Source of the DNA: Takakia lepidozioides
Taxonomy: Eukaryota; Plantae; Bryophyta
Reading direction: 5' to 3'
Length of the DNA stretch: 64,000 nucleotides
NCBI GenBank assembly: GCA_030704615.1
Contig: CM060731.1
Coordinates: forward strand, 34,720,001-34,784,000
The notes below the pieces were generated by a model. It worked only from the letters and a program-made list of their open reading frames with translations. It ran no database searches and was not told the origin of the DNA. Positions 11,599 through 24,451 of the stretch are shown in pieces (position 1 is the first letter of the stretch; each line of letters opens with the position of its first letter). A program made the translations under genes and the position numbers.

Positions 11599-14500
11599 TC
11601 AACGCTTCTTCCGCTTTTGAGGTCGCCCTTCGAAAGCTGTAACCGCCTCGGATGCGTTTCCCATTTCTGAGGCACGCACCCAAGATGCCTCCACATGATG
11701 ATAGCCCTTCCATTTGACGAGATACTCCATTTCTCGGTTCTTGAACCTCCTCGACTTAAGTATTGCCTCTACCTCGTACTCAGGTTCATTTTCATGATCC
11801 AACAGCATAGGTGGCGGACGCAACACTTGATGCCGATTCAGACGCGCTTCATCTTTGAAGTAAGGCTTCAAAAGGGAGACATGGAATACTGGGTGCACTT
11901 TGCTGTTTGCCGGCAGCTCCAATTCATACACATCCTCATTCATAACCTTCCGAATGCGAAAGAGTCCCGCATACGGAGGTACGAACTTCGGACTCACTTC
12001 CGGAGGTAGTCGAAAATTCTTGATGTTCAACCAGACCTCCGTGCCTGCCTCAATCTTCACTTCCCTCCGCTTCCGATTCGCCTGCCTTTCATACTGTTTC
12101 CTAGCTTTGGCAATGTTGTACTTTGCGAGCTTCAACAAACGCTCGCGTTCTTCCAGTACCGCCGCTACTGCCGGTTCCTCAACGTCCTGGGCGGCCCTAC
12201 TTCTCGACACCAGAGGTGCTTTTCCATAGACCAATACGAAAGGGAGACTCCCGTTGCGGAGTGTTCTGTGTTATTATAACAGAACTCTGCCGCGTCTAAG
12301 TGTTCCACCCAGTCTGTTTGGCCTGCCGACACGTAATTCCGCAAGATCTGCTTCACTACGGAATTCACTCTTTCTGTTTGGCCGTCGGTCGTAGGTCGGA
12401 AGGCGGTGCTCATCTTCAGCCTCGTCCCCATCTTCTTCCAAAGTGTCTTCCAAAATTTACTTGTAAACTTTGGATCGCGGTCCGAGACAATATCCTTCGG
12501 GACTCCATGGTGCTTTAAGACGTGGGCAAAGTAAAGTCGCCCTATCTCCTGCGCCGTCTCCTTGGTGGGGATGAAATGGCCCATTTTACTGAACCTATAC
12601 ACCACCACCATGATTGCATCGAATCCTTTTGACAGCGGCAGAGCAGTCATGAAATCCATCGAGACGCTTTCCCAAGTCCCCTCTGGAATCGGCAAGGGTT
12701 GTAACAGCCCCGCTTGCTTTTTGTACTCGCTCCAATTTTGTTGGCATGTGGTGCATGTCTTGACATACTCCTCTGCCTCCTCCCTCAGTTTGGGCCAGAA
12801 ATACTCTTTCTTCAAGAGTGCCGCAGTACGCTTGGCTCCACCGTGGCCCGCAAGCGGGCTATCATGGCATTCTCTCAAGAGGCTATCTCTGATCCCTCCC
12901 TTCGGCACGTAGAGATGCTTTTGCTTATACCGGAGCAGTCCATTTTGCAAGTGGAACTGCGATTTAACTCCCATCCTCAAGTCCTGCATCACGGACTTCG
13001 CCAGCTCATCCTTCCGGATCTTCCTATGGAGCGCCGTCTCGCCCTTGTACACCAACAAGAGCTGCTGCTTTCTACTTAAAGCATCGGCCACCACGTTGTC
13101 TCGTCCCGGTTTGTACTGGATATCCACGTCGAACACCGCCAAAGTATCTTGCCACCTAAGTTGTTTTGGGGACAACTTGGGCTGCGTGGCAAAATACTTC
13201 ACTGTGACATTGTCCGTGAACACCTTCACTGGGTTGGAACCAACATAGTGGCGCCAAAGCTCAAGATAGTGCACCACCGCCTTCATCTCTTTCTCGTGCG
13301 TCGGCCATCGTCGCTCCACTTCATTCAATTTCTTACTTTTGTAAGCCACTGGACGTCCATCTTGCATCAGTACACCCCCAATCGCGAAGTCCGACGCATC
13401 TGTATGTATCTCGAACGAACGATCGAACTCCGGGATTTTCAAGACTGGAGCTTCCGCCATCCGCTGCTTCAATTCAGCAAAAGCTTGGCCACATAAGGTG
13501 TTCCATGCCCAGACTTTAGATTTACACAGAAGGTCTGACAGCGGCCCCGCGATTTTGACGAAATTTCTCACATACTTCCGGTAATAGGAGGCGAGTCCTA
13601 GGAAGGATCGCACTCCCGGGACCGAAGTCGGAGGCTCCCAGTCCAAAATTGCTCTCACCTTCCTGTCATCCATTCTGATCCCATCCTATGTAATCACATG
13701 CCCCAAGAACTCCACTTTTGTGACCCCGAATTCGCACTTTGAAGCTTTGGCATACAGCTTCCCTTCCCGCAATTTCTGGAACACCCTTTTGAGGTGCTCC
13801 AGGTGCTCCTCCTTTGTTTTCGAATACACCAAGATGTCGTCGATGTACACGATCACAAAGTCATCCAACCACTCTTGGAAAAGGCTGTTCATCAGCGTGC
13901 TAAATGTCGCTGGTGCATTGGTGAGCCCAAAAGGCATCACCAAGAACTCATATGAACCATACCTTGTCCTGCACGCGGTCTTCTCCTCATCTCCTTCCGC
14001 CACCCGAATTTGATGATAGCTGGAGCGCAAGTCGATCCGGCTGAAATACTTTGCTCCTGCCAACCGATCGAAGAGGTCGTCGATCCTTGGCAAAGGGTAC
14101 CGGTTTTTGATAGTCACTTTATTCAGAGCCCTGTAATCGACACACATCCGCAGCGTCCCATCCTTTTTATCTGCAAATAGCACCGGGGCTCCGTAAGGTG
14201 ACTTACTCGGCCGGATGTACCCCTTTGACATTAGATCTTTGAGCTGAGTCTTCAGCTCGACCAACTCTCTGTGGCTCAACCGGTAGGGCGCCTTGGCAGA
14301 CGGTTCCGATCCCGGTATCACCTCAATCTTGTGGTCAACTTCTCTTCGCGGTGGCAAACCGCTTGGCAAATCCTCTGGCATCACATCATGGTATTTCTCC
14401 AAAATCCCCTTGATCCAATCTGGGCTCGGCTCTCCATCGCCTTCTCCCTTCACTTCTCTAATGTAGAGCAAAAAATGGGGCTCGTGTGCCTCCTCCACGG

Positions 14501-15014
14501 CCCACTCCCTTGCTGACAAAAGGTTTATTCGCCTTCCCACGGGCTTGGGTGTTTCCGAAACTCGTAAGACCTCGCCACCATTCCAACATGGTAGCGTGAC
14601 TACCCTCTTGCGGCCATCTATGACCGCTCCGGATTTGCTCAAAAAGGTCATCCCCAAAATGAGATCCACTCCATCGATCTCGCAGACGGTGAAGTTCTCA
14701 CGTCCCTCCCAACTCCCCAGTTGAAGAGGAACATCGAACGCCAACCTCGTCGCCAATTGCGGTTCTCCTTTGGCAAAACGCACCTCAATAGAGGTCCCTA
14801 CGTCAGTTGTCGGGAGTCCCAGCTTTTGTGCCGTTGCCGGTGTCATGAAAGAGTGCGACGCTCCTGTGTCCACCAACAATGACACGTTAGTTCCGGATAT
14901 TATCCCATCCACGAACAATAAGTGACTCCATTTACGCAATGTGCCAGTTTCCTGATACAACTCACAAGAATATTTGCCTACCTTGCAAGTCCTGGCGACC
15001 ACCGCTTCCACCAA
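11599..15014 (-). pseudogene. pol: aspartic protease, reverse transcriptase, RNase H, integrase, chromodomain (disrupted)
   Basis: Motifs are [30 protein letters not shown], the H-H-C-C zinc finger, SMDF/SDRD/GQTER and EYEVEAIL…YLVKWKGY. There is an in-frame TAG at 13686-13688 and a frameshift near 12240. Confidence 0.95.
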
Positions 15015-16143
15015 GCGACTGATGGTATCTTTCCGACAGCTCCGTGGTTGCTCGAGTCATGTTCAATTGTCGGGGCTTCGTGCAATTCTTGGCCATGTGC
15101 CCGGGCTCTCCGCAATTGAAACACACTCCCTCAAAGGTCGCCTTCTGTCCGCCATAAGCCGCTCCACCCGCTTTTTCTTTCGAAGCACCGGGTGCCGCCT
15201 TGACGTGTGAAGGCCCTCCCTTTGATTTCCACGTGCCATTGTCGCCGCGTGGCCTATCCCACTTCTTTTCCGGTCGGAAGGAGTCACCTTCCCGCCGGGT
15301 CTTCTTGTGGTTCAGCTCCGTACGGCCTTGTCTTTCACCCCTATGGACATCTGAGAAACATTCAGCCCTCTCAATTGCCTCGTTCAAAGTCTTAGGTGGT
15401 TTCTCCTCCAACTTCCGCCTGGCCCATGGGGCCAACCCCGCCACAAAGTTGAAGACCATTTCTGGTTCCACCATATCCGCGACTTCGAGCAACAGCACAT
15501 TGAAAGCCTGGACATATCCCCGAATGTCATCTGTTTGCTTCAAATTCCTCATCTTGTCCCAGGCAAGCCAGGACGCGTTGAGGGGCACAAACTGTCGCTT
15601 CATCAATTCCTTGAACCCACTCCAGTTCAAGGTTTCCGGACTTGGACCTCGGTCGTGAAGGCGTTTCTGCCACCATTGTTGAGCATAGCCCCTCAAATAG
15701 GTGGGAGCAACTTCCACCCGATCCTTGTCACTCAACTTGGCCGCCCGGAAGTACTGCTCCAGCTCCAAGAGCCAGGTGTTGAGTGCCTTCCGATTTCGGA
15801 CGCCCTCGAAGGTGCCGGATTCCTTAGGCTTCACCTTAAACTTTGCCTTAGCGGAAGTGGCATTAGCCGCCTTCAATACGTCTTTCAACGTCCCGCCAAA
15901 CTGCGCCAACAACCCTTCCCAAAAAGTTGTCGGCATGGGAGGCATCTGTTGGTCTGTCGGAGCTCTCAGGGATTCCTTGGCCTCCGACTCCTCAGATTCC
16001 TCCCGCTCTTGAGCGGCCTCGTTTTCAGAAACCTGCGTTGCTTCCTCAAACAGCCGCTTCGGTGACACGTCGCCCCCATCGGGCTCACCAGGATCAACGT
16101 CTTTTGGGCCGTTCCGCTTTCGCTTTGGCTTGCCCGACCCCAT
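14962..16143 (-). CDS. Retrotransposon gag with CCHC zinc knuckle
   Basis: Capsid-like region (WLLELEQYF…[10 protein letters not shown]…[14 protein letters not shown]) and the knuckle [14 protein letters not shown]. Confidence 0.92.
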   Translation of the reverse strand: MGSGKPKRKRNGPKDVDPGEPDGGDVSPKRLFEEATQVSENEAAQEREESEESEAKESLRAPTDQQMPPMPTTFWEGLLAQFGGTLKDVLKAANATSAKAKFKVKPKESGTFEGVRNRKALNTWLLELEQYFRAAKLSDKDRVEVAPTYLRGYAQQWWQKRLHDRGPSPETLNWSGFKELMKRQFVPLNASWLAWDKMRNLKQTDDIRGYVQAFNVLLLEVADMVEPEMVFNFVAGLAPWARRKLEEKPPKTLNEAIERAECFSDVHRGERQGRTELNHKKTRREGDSFRPEKKWDRPRGDNGTWKSKGGPSHVKAAPGASKEKAGGAAYGGQKATFEGVCFNCGEPGHMAKNCTKPRQLNMTRATTELSERYHQSLGGSGGRQDLQGRQIFL

Positions 16144-16184
16144 GATGAGGCCAATCCCAAGGACGATCGCGTACTGAGCTCTAA

Positions 16185-16196
16185 GCTCTGATACCA
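16185..16196 (-). promoter_or_regulatory. Primer-binding site complementary to initiator tRNA-Met
   Basis: TGGTATCAGAGC on the minus strand, 2 nt inside the 5' LTR boundary. Confidence 0.93.
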
Positions 16197-16198
16197 AG

Positions 16199-16926
16199 TG
16201 TCGCGTACCTCACTTCGGTAAGCTTCCCTTCAAGTCATAGTTACTCGCTTTTATGCGCGCGCCTGACTCCCAACCTGGCCGCCGGGCCAACTTGGAGCTT
16301 CGGCTGCTCACCGGGACATAACGGTCCCCCTTCGCTCTCCCACTAAACCCTCCACCTATTTGGGCCTAGTGGAATTCCCTTTTGTAGATGGCAGTCCGGA
16401 ACAGCTCCCCACTCTTTGGTCGCTTTCCGGCTCGCTCGCTTACTCACTAGTTTTTGGTCACCAACGGGCTTGCACCGTTCTCAGGGTCACTACTCCCCTT
16501 ATATATACTTCTGTAGCTATCCGCGGGGGTTTCACAACCAGCCATGCCATTTTATGGCGAACCACCACGAAAACCCTCGACTCCCGGTGGTGAGTCGCGG
16601 TGAGTCTTGGCCCACTCACCACGACCCCATTGGGCCGTGATGAGTCCCAAGACTCCCCACGACTCCCACCACGAGGTCTCCACCCCATGGTGAGTCCTAT
16701 GCCACCCCCACTAAGTCCCGCTAAGCTACCACCACCCCTTGTGGAGCCACCCCCACCGCAACCCGGTGTGTGGGGCTCCACCTAGTGAGCGCCTCCGCCT
16801 CCTTGAGTGCCTTGGGCACTCAAGGGTGCTTCAGCCCCCCATACCTATCGTTGCCGCTGCCCCCACCACAGGGGCAGCCCCTCATGTGTCCCGACCCCCC
16901 CGCCCTCAATGCAAAGGGTCGCGACA
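16199..16926 (-). repeat. 5' LTR (728 bp)
   Basis: Has TG…CA ends, is adjacent to the PBS and is near-identical to the left LTR. Confidence 0.95.
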
Positions 16927-19391
16927 CAATGGCTGCTGTCAATAAATGGAAAATTGTGCACACTTTCAATGAAGTCGAGATTTCGCGAGTTGAAATAAGC
17001 CGTTCGATTCCGCCTTAATCCACGGTAGCCACAATTGATCCGGGAGAGAAAACATATCACACTGCCATTGTATGAACGTCAAATATTTGCTAGGTTATTA
17101 TGTTGTGGAACTAAAAAAAAAAGTCAATTCCTTCCGTACTCTGATTCATGGTATAATGCTAATGAATTATAGTATTTTTGGAAAAAATGTATTTCTACAA
17201 TGGACCATGGTATCTAAAATGAAATGTTGTTCAATATGTGGAGTAATAAATTTTAATAGTCATCTACAAAATTTCAAGAAATTAAAAAAAATCCGAGTTG
17301 TAGCATATCACCGAAATTACAAATATATATCTACGAGATTATAGAAAACATTGAAGAAAATACATGGAATATGTGTAATAAATGTGAAAAAAAGTAAAAG
17401 TAGAATATCAAATGTTGTATATGGAATGGATGAAGTAGAGCAAAGATCAATTTAGATAATGCTATAATTGTTTGGAATCATGAAGAAGTCACATATACTA
17501 ATCGAGAATATATCAATAATTAAATATCAATTATATTAGCTCAAAATCTGTAACAAATCTTATCATTTAATATTTTTTGACATTATCTAAATTGCCAAAT
17601 AAGCATCTTAAAAAAACTCTTATGAAGGAATCAAATGAAGATGACATGGAGAAGGTAAACAAAGCGGACATCTGTTTCTTAATAGAGAAACACATCTCTC
17701 GCATAACGTATGGTTTCTAATCCATAATAATGCAAGTTCCAAAAGCACAATTCCCTCTGACTTTTTTTGGAAAAGCTTGTAAATGGTTCTCTCACTTAAT
17801 GTTTTTGGACAAGGTAAAACACTTAATATGCAATGTTTCCCCTAATAGCTTGGATTACAACACCCGGCAATTCATATTCTAGCCTGATAGTACCCAATTC
17901 TTCATCGTATTGACCGCTCAATAGTGGAATGTAAGGTTTACGAATCCGTTTTCTTTTGGTAGATGTACTTGTTATATCTTCCATACTTTTCACATGCCCT
18001 CTCCACCTACAATCTCAAAAACATGACACTAGAATAAAATAGATCTAAAAAACAATGCTCTACATTCACATGTCATACATTTATAAAGATTTATTAGTTT
18101 ATCTTTTATATTTTAATCATCTTTTTAGTTATTTCTTGTTATCATCTTTTTAGTCATCATCTAAATTAAAATGATGAAAAGTTAAGTTATCAAAGTTATA
18201 TTACTTTATGAACTAAACTAGTATATTTTCCTATTAATAATAGTCAAAATTTATTTTAAATTTAATTATTACTTTATTGCTATATGCAACTAAACATTGG
18301 CCCATTATTCCACTTAAGTTTGGAAGTGGTCTGACATCCTTCTATCTTTTGTGTTATCGTGATTAGGGCAGGACGTGTCCTGCTGCAAACCCATATTGAC
18401 CTGGTTCGTAGTTCGTACCCAAGTCGAACCTTCTTCTCACCCCTGTCACAGAAAGAATTTCAGTCGAAGGATGTGAAGCCGGGATTCCCTCCCTGCTTTT
18501 ATTCCACTTCAACGGATGGAGAAGGGGGTAGGTAGAAATGGATGAAGCTGCGCTGGATGAATCTATTTATAGTTAAAACCCTTGGTTTATTCTAGTTATA
18601 ACAGTCACTTTCTGATAAGGTAGTTATCCTAAGTAGCAGTAATCTATGGTGACATGGCTTGTAACTGGGAAACCAATTGTATAAAGACACCTGTTGTTAT
18701 GATTAGCCATTTGGCACCTCTATTTAAGCAAGGCCTTGGGGGCCTGGGTGGTGGATTTTTTTTTTGTGTGGTGGATTTGATCTCAAATAGTGTGTGAATG
18801 ATCTGCTGGATTGTGTACTGTAAGGTGTGATGAATGTGAGATTTCATTGTGTCCTCTGATATAGATTCCGTCCCCTTGAGCAAGCACGTTTTGCCGACTA
18901 TATTCCCTGTTTCATACCAGTCCCGGTAGAGGAAGGGGAATAATCCCCCCGTACAAGGACTCAAGGAGATTGCATTCTACAGATGTCAGTCGCAATGTCA
19001 TCGTGCTTTAGGATTCGGGTTGTTGCAGTTCCTCACTGACAATGCATGCTCCCCAGCGCACTAGCAATCCGAATTGTCCACGGCGGAATTGAAACTGGTT
19101 CCGAGTCTCCAGATATTTGCTTGAGATACACAACGGAAGCGTCCAGCGGAGAATTCATGGCCTTGGTAGCTTGCAGGAATTAGGGATTACCACCTATTGC
19201 ATTCAAGTTTGAGAGCTCATTCGAGAAAATTTGGCTTTGTCGGCAGAGTAGTGGGAACTAAAAGCATAATCAAGGTAGGAAGTGTCCATGAATTCACTGA
19301 GGTGAGATGTTTTGCAAAGAGACAATGATTAATAGCGGACAGACTTGGGATTGTGGCACAGACTAGGAGCTCACCGCACAACGAAGCAAGA

Positions 19392-22300
19392 ATGGCAAGA
19401 GCTATGAATGGATCACTGGTTGTGGTCCTCCTGTGTGTATGGAGCTGTTCCTGTGAGCAGGTGAAAGGAAGAAACTGGTTCTAGTGCTTTTGTGTTTCAA
19501 TTGGGCTGCAATTGGTTTCAAGGCATGTGGACTAGACAGATTATTGACATGGACATTGCAATCATTTCATGTCGCAAGTCAGAGAGTACACTGAACACTC
19601 ACTTCGTCTGTTGGTGGGATAGTTGAACCAACGTATGAGTTCCAGCTGCATGTGACAACTTTTAATATCAGAGCTTTGTGTCACCATTTAGGCCAGGCCT
19701 GGCAAAATGAAAATGTAGCGTGATTAGGAATCTCAAATGTTCCAAAAATAGTGGCAGTGACATGGTGAATTCTGTGTCAGTGTTGGGATTGCATGAGTAA
19801 AGTGTCAACATATTGCAGCTGTTAGGAGGTCAGTGTGACGGCCAGGAACATTCGAGCACAACCTGTATTGTTTGAAGGTGATTGACCTAGCACTTTCCTC
19901 CATTTACTGCAAAGTAGGTCCACTGATAACTGAGACTTGATGGTGTGTGGTAAGGTGGGACAGGAGGAAGGACTGATAGCAGACATGACATGTCTCTGGG
20001 ATGCAAGCACTGCAGGCAACAAAGAATGGGGGGGCGAGTTCTTCCCTAACATCTCTTACATCAACTATGAGGTATGTAGATAGTAGCATGGGAGACTCTG
20101 TGTACGTCTTGATATATATAATGAATTTACCAAAACTTTTTGATTGTTTCTCATCAAGTACATGCCAGGAAAAATGGAAGTGGCTTTCTATGTGATGCTA
20201 GAAAAAGAGCCGTGGAGCTCACCCAACCAGCATTAACACAACTTTTCAATAGATTAGTGATCTAAAGCAGACTTTTGTGTTTCTTAAAGAGAGAATCTCT
20301 CACAAGGTCAGTAGAGAGAAGAGGTGCAGAGTTGGTGTATCTCACAGATCTGAATGTCATTTGCTGCCCATGCAGGGCCCTGCAAGTCACAACCCTCTTG
20401 CTTACAAGTGGTACAATGCTGAAGAGGAGATTCTTGGAAAGAAGATGAAGGTGAATTCTACATACACACTGATGGATTTGCGCTTTACTTCTTTGAGTCT
20501 GGCTGCATATATGTTTTTGGCAAGCGTTGATGTTGATTTGTATATCTCTGGCTCATATGCTGGGAAGGCACCCTCCACTGCATTCACCTGACTTTCCTTT
20601 TGGGTCTGAGCGCACAGATTTGCCTGGGCTCTATTACAAGTTGCTTGCCTTATTGTAGGACTAAAAGGTGAAGTTTTGAAGGTATAAAATTTAGAGAGAT
20701 ACAATGGCGGCGGGCCGGGGTAGAGCACAGTTTCACACTGCTAACACTAGGATATTGTGGTATGGGTTGTACTCATGGGAACGTAGGATTGGTTGAGGTT
20801 CAGTGTCGCGTTCTGGCACACTTTTCGAGGGGACGGGAGCGATCCGTTTGGATCATCCACAAAGATGTGGCCCTGGGAGGATGGCACCAACTCGCTGTCA
20901 ATGGCTGCCACAAGAAGTAACTTCTAATACCTTCTCCCTGCAGGGTTGTAGAAAGCTGACTGTCTCAATGTAATTGCCTTATAAGGTTGTGTCACATGTA
21001 GTTGCTGTGGTAGGATGATGATTGGACTTTGTTTCAGGGTTCACTTGAATGGTTTGTCCTGGTTCGTCCCATTTGGTTACCTGTCAAATGTGAGTTCAGG
21101 GCTTACTAGGCTCTCACATAGATACATACTGTTTCATATTGTCTGCTGGTTGAGAGGCAGTTGAAGTTGTATTGATTGCAACTTGCTTAGACAATGTTGC
21201 ACCCTTGCAGTGAGAGCAAACTTTGAATTTCTGAAGAAGTTGGGGGTAGAGAGATGGTGCTTTCATGACCGAGATATTGCACCAGAGGGCACTACACTTG
21301 AGGTTAGCGGATTCTGTTGTGACAGTCCTGAATGCATGCTCGCTTTTGTTTCAAGGACAAGCATGGAGGAGGGAGAATGGTAGGAGGAAGTAAGTTCATG
21401 CAAGCTTTTCATGTGAAAAAGAGGGAGGCAGAGAGGAGGTTGACAAACATGACAATGTTCACTCGTTATGGTGGATGTGGCAGGAGTCAAATGCTAACCT
21501 TGATCACATTGTTAATCTTGCAAAAGAACTACAGGTATGCTCACTGGGAGATCTGCAAAATCGAGCGCTTTGTAATGCATGCCAAGTGCATCTCATAGTA
21601 TATTGCTGCCTGTGAGAGCCCAATCTTAAGAGGAAATGACTGAGCATATCCTCTCCTGTGTTTTATGTTTTCTTGCTTTACTTCGCCCCATGGGCCCGTG
21701 GGCCCCATCTCAGACAGTGTGAAGTTCCTCTCTTGCTCATTCTGCATCTCATTCTTCTTGGTCTCCTACTTGGTCGATGTTAAGCGAGTGGACCTTATAA
21801 CAAAGCTCAACTTGCCACAAGCCTTTGGATTTAACGGCAGGTAATTGCAGTTTTGGGGAGCTTAGTGAATAAGGAATAACTTTTGTTGGGACTCAGGAGG
21901 GAACCAGTATTCGGCCACTCTGGGGAACAGCACAGCTCTTCAAGCATCCTCGCTATATGCATGGAGCGGCCACAAGGTGTCTGTTATACATGTTATGCAA
22001 GTTTTTGGCTGTCGAGAGTGGTTTGAACGGCAGATCAAAGAAGTGTTATTGCATTCGTTGAAAGAGCATGTTGAAAATCAGTGGATCCTCGCTGGAGGTT
22101 TTTCACATGGACGATAACAACTCTGAATCGGGTCGTTGTTGCATTTAGTTGCTTAAACAGTTTTTCTAGGGTATTCCATTAGGTTGTAGAGGTATGCATT
22201 GCGTCAGTGGATTGCGCCCTTCACAAGTAAGAAGAGCGCCTGTACAAGGCACAACGACTGGATTAGCTGTAAATGTTCAAAACTAGCTTGGTGGCCAAAG

Positions 22301-24414
22301 AGGTTCATCATTTCTTTGCTCAAGAAGAGTGTACTGCTGATCATTGCATGTAGTGTCGTGAGCTTGGGTTGATCTCTGTTTTTGAAATCTCTTGTTGCAG
22401 CCCAGATATTCGAGTATTTGCATATGCAGCTGCGCAAGTCAAGAAGGCCTTGGAGGTATGGCACACTGATTGGTGACTTGAAGCAAACCTGATGCATGTG
22501 CAGTTGACTGGACTGGCATGCAACTCTGTGGTGTGTTAAACTTGAAGCAGCAAGAGATGTAGGGAGTTGCATGTGAAAATGGAGTAAAAAAAGTCACAGT
22601 TGGGATCCTATATTGGTCTGACAAATTCTCTTGGGAATCAAATAGCAGAGCATTTCATTGAGAAAGATAACATTTTAGCTAAAGCTGTCCGTGCATGCAT
22701 GCAGGTGACTCATGAGCTTGGAGGAGAGAACTATGTATTTTGGGGTGGTAGAGAGGGTTACCAAACGCTCCTCAACACAGACTTAAAGAAAGAGCTTGAT
22801 CACATGGTTTGTCTTCAACCCGCCCACACTCTATTCATCTCTTGCTTTTTGTAAACACCTGTGTCCAACAAGATGGCTAAAGTAATAGGGCTGATACCCA
22901 AATACCAATGTCAAGGGCAACGGTTGACACAAGTCATTAAGACAGTTTCAGGCTGACCGAGACCCACAACGAAGTCCATGAGGGTTGAGGACTATTATAC
23001 CTTGATTCTGAATTTCGTCAATGAGCAGCTTTGTGTCTCACTTTTACGTTTGCTATGTCCTTCTTCTTGGTGCTTCAGCCTCTCATACTCTGTCCATCAT
23101 AATATGAGAGAATCACAGGGTTGCATAGTTTAGCATTCACAAGTGAGTTTTCTGGATCATCATGATGTCAGGTTCCTCCTGAGACAGTCTCAAATGTGAG
23201 GTTGTTTGCTCTCTCACGTGGTATGAAAATTCCTGCTAAGGTAATGTTGTGCACTCGTTTTGCTCAGGCAATCTTCTTGCAAGCAGCTGCTGCTTGGAAG
23301 AAAACAATTGGTTTTCAAGGTAAGTAGTTGACACCCTGTTGTTTCTGAGTTGGTTCTACGGTTTTATTGGAAGCCTATGGCTTCATGCACACAAGTAAAC
23401 AAAAGAAAAAGAAGGTACCACACTGGTATAACCCTGATCTTGTTCTGCAGGGAATTTGCTGCTGGAACCAAAGCCACAGGAGCCCACAAAGCACCAGTAT
23501 GTAGCTCTGCATTCATCTTTTAGTCCACAACAATAATGTTGGAGAGCAGACTTTTGGGTTTCTGTAAGCTTTTGATGCCTTTGGCTGTTTGTGTAGAAAT
23601 CACTGTCAAGCAAAGATGGCTGGCCACTAACAATGTGCTGGACAGGTACAACTGGGATGCTGCAACCACAATGGATTTCCTCCAGCAATACGGGCTTGCA
23701 GGCATGGAATCCTGGACCCTCCAGTATCACTTTTCTTTTAGGACTTTCAGGAATGTTTGCCCATGTGCTTGTTTACCTCACATAAGTGCTTTTCTACGGG
23801 CGTACTCTATGTTCCATGTTTATCTCTCAGATAGAGAGTGTACTCATAAAACGTTTGCGGTAGCCTTGTGGCCATAGACCCCGCGCCCAGTTTGGGTGGA
23901 ACGAAAGCGAACAGATACTACCTTTGTGACGGTCCACTCCGGTAGTTTGACTTACCTTGATAGAGACAAAGTTCAGGTTTTCCAGATATCCTCTAGGAAG
24001 CCCTTTCACGCAAGCATCAACTTGCTGTGTGTGAGCTGCCCAGTAACTAGACCCCAACAGGGCCAGGGCTTTAGGCTCAGCCTCAACATTTTGAGAGTTG
24101 GTGAACAGATGTGGAGGGACAATGTTCTTGATGGTCCTGAAGAGTGGTGAGATATCCCGGAGAGATCATGAGAGAATGTACTCATAATTTTGCCATAGCC
24201 TTGTGGCCATTCACCACGCGCTCAGTTTGAGTGGAATGCAAAGGGACAAACTACCTTTGTCAGGGGCTGACGCCAGTAGTATGACTTAACTCTTGATAGA
24301 TTGGAGGAGAGCTTCTCTCTGGTGAGAGTACCCCAGACAGTGAATCAGAAAATGAATATTGTCTTCGGGTTGCCCACACAACGGGCAATTGCACTCTCCC
24401 TTTCCTCTAGAATC

Positions 24415-24451
<37 letters not shown>

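Larger units (their letters stand above)
9473..16926 (-). mobile_element. Full-length defective Ty3/gypsy chromovirus LTR retrotransposon (Galadriel-like)
   Basis: LTRs have TGTCGCG…CGCGACA termini. A 5-bp TSD CAATG lies at 9468-9472 and 16927-16931. It has a tRNA-iMet PBS and the order gag-PR-RT-RH-INT-chromodomain. The clade assignment is from recall. Confidence 0.96.

Noticed and set aside
13686-13688. Programmed stop read-through in pol
   Set aside because: The stop falls between RT and RNase H and the element also has a frameshift in integrase, so simple decay is more likely.
23839-23964. Hammerhead or HDV-like ribozyme
   Set aside because: I could not place a CUGAnGA…GAAA core or a convincing HDV pseudoknot on either strand.
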